From IMG/VR virus record IMGVR_UViG_3300044517_000015, positions 1-36,829 of that record: a DNA stretch of 36,829 nt, one strand, 5' to 3'. The notes under the pieces are model-generated. The model was not told the origin of the DNA. It was given only the letters and a program-made list of their open reading frames with translations, and made no database searches. Positions 1 to 7,075 of this stretch are shown here, one piece after another; position 1 is the stretch's first letter; each line of letters starts with the position of its first letter. This stretch comes from a virus. Its lineage: Duplodnaviria > Caudoviricetes. The translations under genes and the position numbers were made by a program.

Positions 1-259
1 CGCCATGGCCCTTGGGCCAGGACTTTGAGGCAAATTGCTTGTAGCTTTTCGGATTGTTCCAGCCCCATTCGGTCACGTTTTGATAGATGTGCTCGTTACC
101 GACAAAATTTCCGTCCCACGGGTAACCGGAGTCCGACTTTACCTGCCAGAGCCAGTTCTGTTTGGGGATCGCATACTTCGGATGCTCGCGCGAAACGAGA
201 TGAACATTCTTGCGGAACCACTCGGGCGGCATCATGTAGTCGAGAAGGTCGATAGTCAT
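1..259 (-). CDS. hypothetical protein, partial (runs off left edge)
   Basis: ATG at 259 overlaps the TGA of the upstream gene (ATGA). The frame stays open to position 1: MTIDLLDYMMPPEWFRKNVHL...GYPWDGNF...TEWGWNNPKSYKQF. Not in the ORF track because it has no stop in the window. Confidence 0.7.
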   Translation of the reverse strand, partial: MTIDLLDYMMPPEWFRKNVHLVSREHPKYAIPKQNWLWQVKSDSGYPWDGNFVGNEHIYQNVTEWGWNNPKSYKQFASKSWPKGHG

Positions 260-819
260 GGCATTCCCTTTTTGGCGGCGATCGCGACCATCTGTCGCTT
301 AATGTCAAATATGCTCGCCGGATTAATGGCCTTGTTGTCAGAGTCTGATCGGTGTCTGATCAGAGTCTGATCAGACTCTGATCCCCAACGCTTATGATTT
401 GCCTTCTGCGCGCCCAGGCTCTTGCTGGCCTTTATTTTTTCCTGCTCTTCGCGCACTTTCTTGAGCTTTGAGTTCACTAATCCACCGTTCCCGTCTGGGC
501 CGAAGGCAGTTAGCACTTGCCGTAAAATGCCGTCGTAGTCCAAGCCATCCATCATCTCGTCAAAGCAGCGATCCTGAGGCATCTGCAACAAACGCCGGAT
601 AGGTTCTAGCTGAGCGCTGCGGCATTTATCGCACATGTCCCTTTGATGGCTCTGACAATCTTCGCAGGCTGGCGCAGGCGCCGGAATCGAGCCTTCGTCC
701 CACTGGGTACGGAGCAGCTCTAGAAAATAGGCGCGCGCGACCGGCCCCATCAGGCGCACCTTCACATCGGTAAACCAGTCCCGGGTGTAGAACGGGAACC
801 AGGCCAAACTGTTATGCAT
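256..819 (-). CDS. DUF1376/YdaU-like phage replication protein
   Basis: N-terminus LAWFPFYTRDWFTDVKVRLMGPVARAYFLELLRTQWDEGSIP, then G.LVN.KL and GAQKANHKRW motifs. Strong RBS AGGAGGTG (823-830) before ATG 819. Confidence 0.75.
   Translation of the reverse strand: MHNSLAWFPFYTRDWFTDVKVRLMGPVARAYFLELLRTQWDEGSIPAPAPACEDCQSHQRDMCDKCRSAQLEPIRRLLQMPQDRCFDEMMDGLDYDGILRQVLTAFGPDGNGGLVNSKLKKVREEQEKIKASKSLGAQKANHKRWGSESDQTLIRHRSDSDNKAINPASIFDIKRQMVAIAAKKGMP
341..384. repeat. 4 x 11-bp tandem repeat (iteron-like) inside the replication gene
   Basis: GAGTCTGATCG GTGTCTGATCA GAGTCTGATCA GACTCTGATCC; each unit contains GATC. Confidence 0.75.
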
Positions 820-821
820 AA

Positions 822-1400
822 TCACCTCCTTTGCCACTTCGCGACGGTCAAGGCGGCCTCCCAGGTTTCTAAATCGGGCGTGTAGTTCAGCAATTTGTAA
901 GTTCCATCCGAGGCCAGCCAGCAGACATACAGGCTGGCCTCGTATTCGGTGAGCCACTGGTAAGCCGAGAGCTGGATTGCCCAGTGAGCTGCGGCGCACT
1001 TCGGGGTTTTGATGTCAACGATTACCGGCATGTCTTTGGCAAAGCGGCCGATCCGGTCGGGCGTACCGGCAACCCCCTGGCGGTAATAGCTCTCCTCGAT
1101 CGCGAGCCATTCCGGCTCGATCTCTTTCAGGAATTTTTGATACCCCGTGACATAGCCAAGCAGGAGACTGTCATCAAGCCGAGCAAGGCTTATTCCAATG
1201 TCTTTGTCGATCGCGCTCGTCCAGGCATGGGTCAAATCGCCGATCATGCGCGCGTGTTCGACATTCGCCGCTGCGGATTCGGGATAGGGCTTGACGATGC
1301 CCGATTCGTGCAGCACATCGCTCACGCACAGACCTACCGGCTGCCCGTTGACGGTGTAAGTATGCGTGTCGTAATCGAGAATTACTTCGTCGCCGATCAC
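822..1400 (-). CDS. PD-(D/E)XK family exonuclease
   Basis: AGTPDRIG...IVDIKT...QLSAY motifs. GTG 1400 overlaps the ERF stop (GTGA). Sits next to a recombinase. Confidence 0.85.
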   Translation of the reverse strand: MIGDEVILDYDTHTYTVNGQPVGLCVSDVLHESGIVKPYPESAAANVEHARMIGDLTHAWTSAIDKDIGISLARLDDSLLLGYVTGYQKFLKEIEPEWLAIEESYYRQGVAGTPDRIGRFAKDMPVIVDIKTPKCAAAHWAIQLSAYQWLTEYEASLYVCWLASDGTYKLLNYTPDLETWEAALTVAKWQRR

Positions 1401-2107
1401 GGCATCATCTCCGGTAGATCGGGTGGACGGTCTTCGGCCCAGGCCATGCACTCGTCGTACTTCTGTGGCGGCACGTCCCCGGTGTGCTCATAGCCGAGGC
1501 TTCCCAGGAACTCGCGGATCTGGGTGTCGGATTTATTGCGGGCCTTGGCTGCGCTCCAGAACCGTTGCCGCCAGGTGACCGGCTTCGGATCGCTCACGAA
1601 CTCCTCGAGCTGTTGCGTCGACTTCTTTGGTCTGCCCCGGTGCTTCACCTCTGGAGGCGGCGGCCCGATCGCAGCCGCGCGCGCCTCCACCTCTTTGCCG
1701 CTCGCGAGATTGGCATCGTCGTCCAGCTCGCCCGCCAGCGCAACGAATGCCTCGAGCGAATAGCGGCGCGCAAAGGTGATCGAAGATCCGCAAGCCTGCG
1801 CCGTCCAGTCTTTCGTGGGCAGAAGCAGCTCGCCTTCGAACCACTCATCGGAGGAATGGCCGAGGAAAGTAATTACCCCGGCCTCCTTGGCCTCGCGATC
1901 CTTGACTGGGGCCTGGATTACAGCGATCTCTTCATCGGAGAGCGCATCGATGCAGGCATCGACCACCGCATTGAGATCGGAGTACTTCGATTTGTAAAAC
2001 GGATTGAGCGCTTCCTTCTTAAGTTCTTTGAACTTTTTCCGGGCCCGCGAGAGCGCCGCCAGGATTTGTCCCACTTTCTCCGAGTGGCGGAAATTTTTGA
2101 GTTCCAT
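1397..2107 (-). CDS. ERF-family ssDNA annealing protein
   Basis: K...NPFYKSKYSDL N-terminal motif and AQACGSSITFARRYSL...DDD signature. Confidence 0.9.
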   Translation of the reverse strand: MELKNFRHSEKVGQILAALSRARKKFKELKKEALNPFYKSKYSDLNAVVDACIDALSDEEIAVIQAPVKDREAKEAGVITFLGHSSDEWFEGELLLPTKDWTAQACGSSITFARRYSLEAFVALAGELDDDANLASGKEVEARAAAIGPPPPEVKHRGRPKKSTQQLEEFVSDPKPVTWRQRFWSAAKARNKSDTQIREFLGSLGYEHTGDVPPQKYDECMAWAEDRPPDLPEMMP

Positions 2108-3089
2108 ATTTTCCTTTCACATGATCCGAGAGGTATTGATAGATCAGGACACCTGCATTGCCGCCGCCAAGACATAACGCGGTTACCTGGGGATCGAAGA
2201 GCGGGAATGTCTTCAGGCGATTCTGCAATTTTTCAGGCACGGTCATGACCGCGTTCTTCCAGCACTCTTCGTGATCGGAGAGCACCTTGGCGAGAGCCAT
2301 CAGGAAGGGGAAAGCCACCTGGGGCGCGCGGATCTTCTTCGACACCAGGCGCAGGCCCCAGCAATGATCGACCACCTCAAAAAACTGGCTGGTGTTCCAG
2401 CGCAGGGCATGATGGTTATTCGCCGTCCAGCGATCGAGCGCGAGCACAACGTTGCGCAGCGATTGCACCATCCCTGGAGTGATGCGCGCATGGAGGCGCC
2501 CGATCACCTTTACCAGAGTGACAGCGGTAATCAACTGTTCGCGGTTCTGGTTCTGTGACCAGCACACGCGATTGAACATTGCGAAGCTGGGCTCGATCGA
2601 GAGGTCAACGAAGATACGCAGGGTGTGCGAATACTTCGCCTGGTTGCGCAGGATGATATTCGCGTTCACCTTGATGCGCGTCGAGTTGAGAATACAGAAG
2701 CGTTCCTCTTCCATTTGCTCGTTGGTATTGAAGTGGATAATCGCCCCGAGATGGGGGCGCGAACCCCGCTTCATCAGCTCGACCGCCCAAGCCCTCCGCT
2801 GCTGCCCGTCGATGATGTAGACGGGATCGAAGAGCGTGAACGTCCCATGTTTGTCCTCGAAGTTTCCGCCCCGCATTCCCAGATCGATATCGGGGCAGGC
2901 CCCAAAATTCATTGCTCTGCTTTTGTCGCCCATCTTTACAATAGGCAGGAGCTCTCGCTGATAGCTCCCTACCTTCAGAAATTCCAGACACGAAGGCTCG
3001 ATGACTCCGCGAAGGATCACTACATCCTTCGCGAGCTCATCGAGAGCCCCATCGGTGACGATGATCGGATTTTTAGTTTTTTCAGTCAT
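2019..3089 (-). CDS. ParB/Srx-superfamily (DGQHR-like) protein
   Basis: YQR motif, IIDGQQR motif and E..RF..LN motif. Confidence 0.7.
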   Translation of the reverse strand: MTEKTKNPIIVTDGALDELAKDVVILRGVIEPSCLEFLKVGSYQRELLPIVKMGDKSRAMNFGACPDIDLGMRGGNFEDKHGTFTLFDPVYIIDGQQRRAWAVELMKRGSRPHLGAIIHFNTNEQMEEERFCILNSTRIKVNANIILRNQAKYSHTLRIFVDLSIEPSFAMFNRVCWSQNQNREQLITAVTLVKVIGRLHARITPGMVQSLRNVVLALDRWTANNHHALRWNTSQFFEVVDHCWGLRLVSKKIRAPQVAFPFLMALAKVLSDHEECWKNAVMTVPEKLQNRLKTFPLFDPQVTALCLGGGNAGVLIYQYLSDHVKGKYGTQKFPPLGESGTNPGGALAGPEKVQRT

Positions 3090-3406
3090 GCGACCAGCCT
3101 TATGTTTGAGAGTTCCTCTTTACCACCATCCTTCCAATTCACGATGTAATCGATGTCTCTGACGAAAGCGGTCGACCAGGGGATGCCATCGCGAAAGCAG
3201 ATCAGAATTTTGGCTTCGAGCTTGATCTCGCTATTCCCCTGTTTTGCGTTGCGGCTTTTCCTTATGCGGCGTATCGCCATGAGCGCCGAGTTCGGCCCGC
3301 TCTTCAGGTGATCGGCGAGCACCTGCTCGCCCACCAGCAGCCAGAGCTCCTTCACCAGCTTGTTCCATACTCCCGCGCAATCGCCGAAGTGGCCCGGTCT
3401 TGGCAT
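3086..3406 (-). CDS. hypothetical protein
   Basis: 106-aa ORF with GGAGG RBS and ATGA coupling to the downstream gene. Confidence 0.6.
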   Translation of the reverse strand: MPRPGHFGDCAGVWNKLVKELWLLVGEQVLADHLKSGPNSALMAIRRIRKSRNAKQGNSEIKLEAKILICFRDGIPWSTAFVRDIDYIVNWKDGGKEELSNIRLVA

Positions 3407-3407
3407 G

Positions 3408-3614
3408 TCAATCCTCCCTTCTCACGCGGAACAGCGCAGCCTGCGGACAGGTCGCCCAATGGGCGATCGCGGTGCCGTAGTTGACCGGCAGCTTCTTGCC
3501 GTGCGGAGTCGACCACCATTCGATATCGGCGCCGCAGGCACGGCACTCGGCGCGATTTGAAAGTTTATAACCCTGGTCGAGCATTTCCTTGATGGTTTGA
3601 GGAAAGGGCATCAC
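3408..3614 (-). CDS. small Zn-binding protein
   Basis: CRACG...W..T..GKKLPVN...HWATC pattern; GTGA overlap with the upstream gene. Confidence 0.7.
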   Translation of the reverse strand: MMPFPQTIKEMLDQGYKLSNRAECRACGADIEWWSTPHGKKLPVNYGTAIAHWATCPQAALFRVRRED

Positions 3615-3781
3615 TCCTCCTCGGGATACTCCTGGTTGCAGTCGTCGCAGTAGTAGACAACGTATTCCTGCACCCAGTCCCCACGGTCGGTGGGGGTTAC
3701 GTCTCGCTGATGGCGCGCGTGGGTGGCCCCGGGCTCGCCGCAGTTATCGCACAGGTGATCGTCTTTGAACCTATGACTCAC
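3611..3781 (-). CDS. small Zn-ribbon protein (56 aa)
   Basis: Read by hand: VSHRFKDDHLCDNCGEPG...YYCDDCNQEYPEEE*, with two CxxC motifs. Confidence 0.6.
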   Translation of the reverse strand: MSHRFKDDHLCDNCGEPGATHARHQRDVTPTDRGDWVQEYVVYYCDDCNQEYPEEE

Positions 3782-3952
3782 GTTGATTTCCGGTGATTTC
3801 TGGAAATCAAAACTCGCGAAACTTCTGACTACTTGTGACCACTTATGAACAAGTTAGGCCAACTGTGCTCATGGTTATGGTTTAATGTTTCGTAATACCA
3901 AGACCCCTTGTTTTCAAAAACTTAGTTGGTCTTGAAATCACCGGAAATCAAC
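3782..3952. other. putative intact attP site
   Basis: Perfect 19-bp inverted repeat (3782-3800 / 3934-3952) built from TGATTTC units, three 10-bp-phased ACTTNTGA repeats (3821-3850) and an IHF-like site (3912-3924), all at the 3' end of the integrase. Confidence 0.7.
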
Positions 3953-5088
3953 TGCCGCTCGCGCCCCTCAAAGGCCAGCTCGGTCATCTCGAGCTGCAAC
4001 TTCTGCGCCGCTGGCGACAATTGCTTCCGCTTTCGCCCACGCCCGTAACGCTCGGTGGTCGCCCGCAGCTTGTGCCGCATGGACTGCCGTTGCGCCTCGG
4101 GATGCGCCCCCAGGTACTCTTCCGCCCAGTGGCAATGGGTATGCCTCATGATGTGCGTGTTCCACCGCTTGAGGCCAATCGCTTTCGCCGCCCGCTCGTA
4201 AGCTTGCGTGATCGCCGTCTGCGAGTATGGAGTCGCGCCGTCCCGGTAGGGCGAGGCGAAAATCCAATCGCTCGGCTCGGCGTAAGGCGTCTCGCGCTTC
4301 CAGCTCTCGAGCTCGCCGATCATCTTCGGCCCCAGCTTGAGCACCTTCTGCGACTCTGGCGTCTTGCACTCATGCACCCTGCCCCGCACGATGTCGCGCT
4401 CGACCGTGAGCGTGGCTTCGAGCGGACGGTAGTCGAACCACTTGAAAGCCCGGGCCTCGCCTATGCGCAAGCCGTGGGCTTCCGACACCAGCGCAATGAT
4501 CGAGTAGGGCCGCTCGAGCCATGACTCGAAGGCCCAGAATTCCTCCTTCGACATGGGCACGGTTTCATTCACCACGATCGATGACTCATCGATGGTGACG
4601 TACTGCATGGGGTTTGCGAGAATCTGCGAAACCATGCCGCGCTTGGCCGCATACTGCCACAAGCGGCCAAGCGCATTGGCGATCTGCTTTTTGGTGTTCT
4701 GCGCGAGGTCGAGCGGCACCAGCCACTCCTCGACCACGCCCGCAAGCAGCGAGGTCAACGGCAAATGACCGAACTGCTGGCGAATGTGACGATGGAAGTT
4801 GCGATAGGTGACGATCGAAACCTCGCGCATACTCTGGTTGCGGCCAAAGCGATGGGGCGAAAAAGCGAAATGTTCGTAGCGTTCGATCACCCGATTGACC
4901 GTCCATTGCTCCGATTCGTGCTCATCGGCGAGCCGATCGGCTTTCTTCTGGGCCTCGACTTCATTGAGTTCATCGAGCCTGCCCAGAGTTCTGGTTGTGC
5001 GTTGTTTCGAATTGGCCTGCAGGCAGTTGGCGATCCAAGTGCCCTTCGACCGGCTGGGTACGGCTTTCCATTTCTTTTGGCTCTCCAT
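3922..5088 (-). CDS. int: tyrosine recombinase / phage integrase
   Basis: Catalytic residues in order: GLRIGE (R), KTPES (K), HIMRHT (HxxR), MRH (H), TTERYG (Y). Confidence 0.95.
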   Translation of the reverse strand: MESQKKWKAVPSRSKGTWIANCLQANSKQRTTRTLGRLDELNEVEAQKKADRLADEHESEQWTVNRVIERYEHFAFSPHRFGRNQSMREVSIVTYRNFHRHIRQQFGHLPLTSLLAGVVEEWLVPLDLAQNTKKQIANALGRLWQYAAKRGMVSQILANPMQYVTIDESSIVVNETVPMSKEEFWAFESWLERPYSIIALVSEAHGLRIGEARAFKWFDYRPLEATLTVERDIVRGRVHECKTPESQKVLKLGPKMIGELESWKRETPYAEPSDWIFASPYRDGATPYSQTAITQAYERAAKAIGLKRWNTHIMRHTHCHWAEEYLGAHPEAQRQSMRHKLRATTERYGRGRKRKQLSPAAQKLQLEMTELAFEGRERQLISGDFKTN

Positions 5089-5308
5089 TTTTTGACCCCT
5101 GAAGTAGAGAGCACAGTTGGCATGGCTCTAAGGTAGCACAGTGATGGTTGAGTATCCGCTCGATATCGGCATCGGTGAAACGAACGATGCGTCGCCCGCG
5201 AGTACCTGGCAGCCAGTGATAGGTAATCGAGTTAGCGCGCACCCAGCGCCTGAGAGTGGAAGCGGATACCTGCAGTTTTTTGGCGGCAACGGAGAGAGAA
5301 AAACACAC
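4970..5308 (-). CDS. excisionase-like HTH protein (start uncertain)
   Basis: SLSVAAKKLQVSASTLRRWVRANSI...RIVRFTDADIERIL, a Xis/MerR-like HTH directly upstream of int. Confidence 0.65.
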   Translation of the reverse strand: MCFSLSVAAKKLQVSASTLRRWVRANSITYHWLPGTRGRRIVRFTDADIERILNHHCATLEPCQLCSLLQGSKNGEPKEMESRTQPVEGHLDRQLPAGQFETTHNQNSGQAR

Positions 5309-5541
5309 AATCCTGTGGGGAAGTGACGATGACAACAGCAAAGCTCGCCTCGATTTTCTGGGCGTAAACGCTCGGAGACTGCACATCCTACAGCAGCTTC
5401 GGGGATTGCGTCCTGCTAAGGTTTTGGTTACCCCGGGGGAATTGAAAGGTTTTACGCCCAGAATCCGCACAAAACAAGGGGCTGAAGGTTCGTGATGCCC
5501 GGGTCAACTTTTGAGGGGGGTATTGATTTACTAACCTGCCT

Positions 5542-5557
5542 CTGTCAGTTTTGACAG
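5542..5557. promoter_or_regulatory. palindromic operator candidate in the divergent control region
   Basis: CTGTCA-GTTT-TGACAG, overlapping a TTGACA hexamer. Confidence 0.35.
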
Positions 5558-5622
5558 TTGACGACCGTCCGAATTCCTCCTCAACTTGCCTGCTTGGCTC
5601 TAAGGTAGTAGCCTTTAAGCCT

Positions 5623-5790
5623 ATGGACAGTCGGGAGATGGGCAAACTTGGAGGTCATGCCCGGGCCAGGAAACTGACCAAGAAACGCAGGCGCGAAATC
5701 GCCATCAAGGCTTCAAAAGCCGCAGTTCAGGCCCGCAAACGCCAGAACGGGAAACCCAAATCAAAATCCCGCAGGAGTAAAAATGGATGA
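5623..5790 (+). CDS. small basic protein
   Basis: MGKLGGHARARKLTKKRRREIAIKA, a GG.ARA.KL...RR.EIA motif typical of small mobile-element proteins. Confidence 0.7.
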   Translation: MDSREMGKLGGHARARKLTKKRRREIAIKASKAAVQARKRQNGKPKSKSRRSKNG

Positions 5791-6352
5791 AAGCAACTCA
5801 CGAAAAAACCAACGGATCAACGAAGTCGCTATCTATACATTCGCCCGATGCGAACAGCTCATCGCAGATTCGGCGCGAAGCGCAAAAATACTTGAGGACG
5901 AGCTTGCCCAGCGGGTGGCAGAACTTATTCTTGCCCAGACGCACGGGTCGCTACTTCGGCCTCAGGATCATATGCCCGCACTGCGACGAAACGGCACCGG
6001 ACACGATCAACCCCTGGAACCGGTGGAGGTGGCTGGCGGTGCACATCGCCGAACATCAAGGCGGATAGCAAAAGAAGAGTACGACAACCTCACCCGCACC
6101 GAGCTCGCGGCGGCGCTCAAAAGTCAGGGGCTCTCGACCGCTCAGATCGCGCGCAAGATGGACATCAATCAGGCCACCGTGCGCACCTATCTCGCGCGCG
6201 AAGGAATGGCCGAGATCGACAACCGCCATTCGCTCAAGGGCCGCAAGTACAAACCCGGGACGCATTGGACGCAGCAACCCAAGAACCGGGCCAAGCTCGC
6301 CAAGGTGATCGCCGATGCTCATGCCGCAAAAGTTCAGAAGCAAGCCCAATGA
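5783..6352 (+). CDS. HTH DNA-binding protein
   Basis: LKSQGLSTAQIARKMDINQATVRTYL HTH; AGGAG RBS. Confidence 0.7.
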   Translation: MDESNSRKNQRINEVAIYTFARCEQLIADSARSAKILEDELAQRVAELILAQTHGSLLRPQDHMPALRRNGTGHDQPLEPVEVAGGAHRRTSRRIAKEEYDNLTRTELAAALKSQGLSTAQIARKMDINQATVRTYLAREGMAEIDNRHSLKGRKYKPGTHWTQQPKNRAKLAKVIADAHAAKVQKQAQ

Positions 6353-6367
6353 AACAGGAGAGTCAAA

Positions 6368-6481
6368 ATGGACATGTTCTTGGTGGTGGGAGCGATTCTC
6401 GCAGCCATCATTGGCATTTACATAGCTGCGCTGCCCATTCGCTTTATCCTTGCCGTGATCCGCAGATTGGAACGGCGCTAA
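6368..6481 (+). CDS. small membrane peptide (37 aa)
   Basis: Read by hand: MDMFLVVGAILAAIIGIYIAALPIRFILAVIRRLERR*; AGGAG RBS. Confidence 0.65.
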   Translation: MDMFLVVGAILAAIIGIYIAALPIRFILAVIRRLERR

Positions 6482-6517
6482 TTCCCGGCTCATCGAACCT
6501 CACATCAGGAGAGAAAG

Positions 6518-6838
6518 ATGCCACAGAAGCCCTCGCCCTACGTTCACAATGTTCGTTATTTACCCATCAAAAACTCGGTCGATGTGCGGGCGGCGGTCGG
6601 GCCCGAATGGCACCGGCTCGGCCTCGTACAAGTCCCGTGGGCTGCTGGCAAGGGCCCAGCGGGGCCTTCGGAAAGCACCAAGGCCCAATATCGCGAGCTG
6701 CTCACGGTCAGCTCGGAAACTTTGGATGCTGCGCTTGCGCTCATGGGCGCACACGCAGCCGCTCTCGTCGTCGCTGCTCTCGGGGCCATGGCGGGATGGG
6801 TCAGACTCGCAACTCACAAAGAGGGAGGTTGTCAATGA
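6518..6838 (+). CDS. hypothetical protein with hydrophobic C-terminus
   Basis: AGGAGA RBS; ATGA overlap with the next gene. Confidence 0.6.
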   Translation: MPQKPSPYVHNVRYLPIKNSVDVRAAVGPEWHRLGLVQVPWAAGKGPAGPSESTKAQYRELLTVSSETLDAALALMGAHAAALVVAALGAMAGWVRLATHKEGGCQ

Positions 6839-7074
6839 AACTTGCAGGCGCACTCATTGCTCTCATCGGGCTGGTGCAGGCATTTTTGTTTCTGATGTAT
6901 CACCAGTGGGGCTACGCTTTCGGATCGGCCATGATCGCAGTCACCGGCCTCGTCGTCTACAGCCGGGAAACCAGCAAGCAGATTTTTGAGCGTGAGCTTC
7001 AACAAGAGCGCAAAAAGGATGCCATGCGCCATGCTGAAATGGAAACCGTCGCGCGCTACGGAAGAAAGCTATGA
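6835..7074 (+). CDS. small two-TM membrane protein
   Basis: GGAGG RBS; two hydrophobic segments followed by a charged tail. Confidence 0.65.
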   Translation: MKLAGALIALIGLVQAFLFLMYHQWGYAFGSAMIAVTGLVVYSRETSKQIFERELQQERKKDAMRHAEMETVARYGRKL

Positions 7075-7075
7075 C

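Noticed and set aside
3821-3850. Short repeats as a CRISPR-like array
   Set aside because: 10-bp tandem units with no spacers; better explained as att accessory sites.
5542-5557. CTGT-N8-ACAG as a LexA SOS box
   Set aside because: It fits the gammaproteobacterial pattern, but the host is unknown and the spacer is not the usual AT alternation. Kept only as a generic palindrome.
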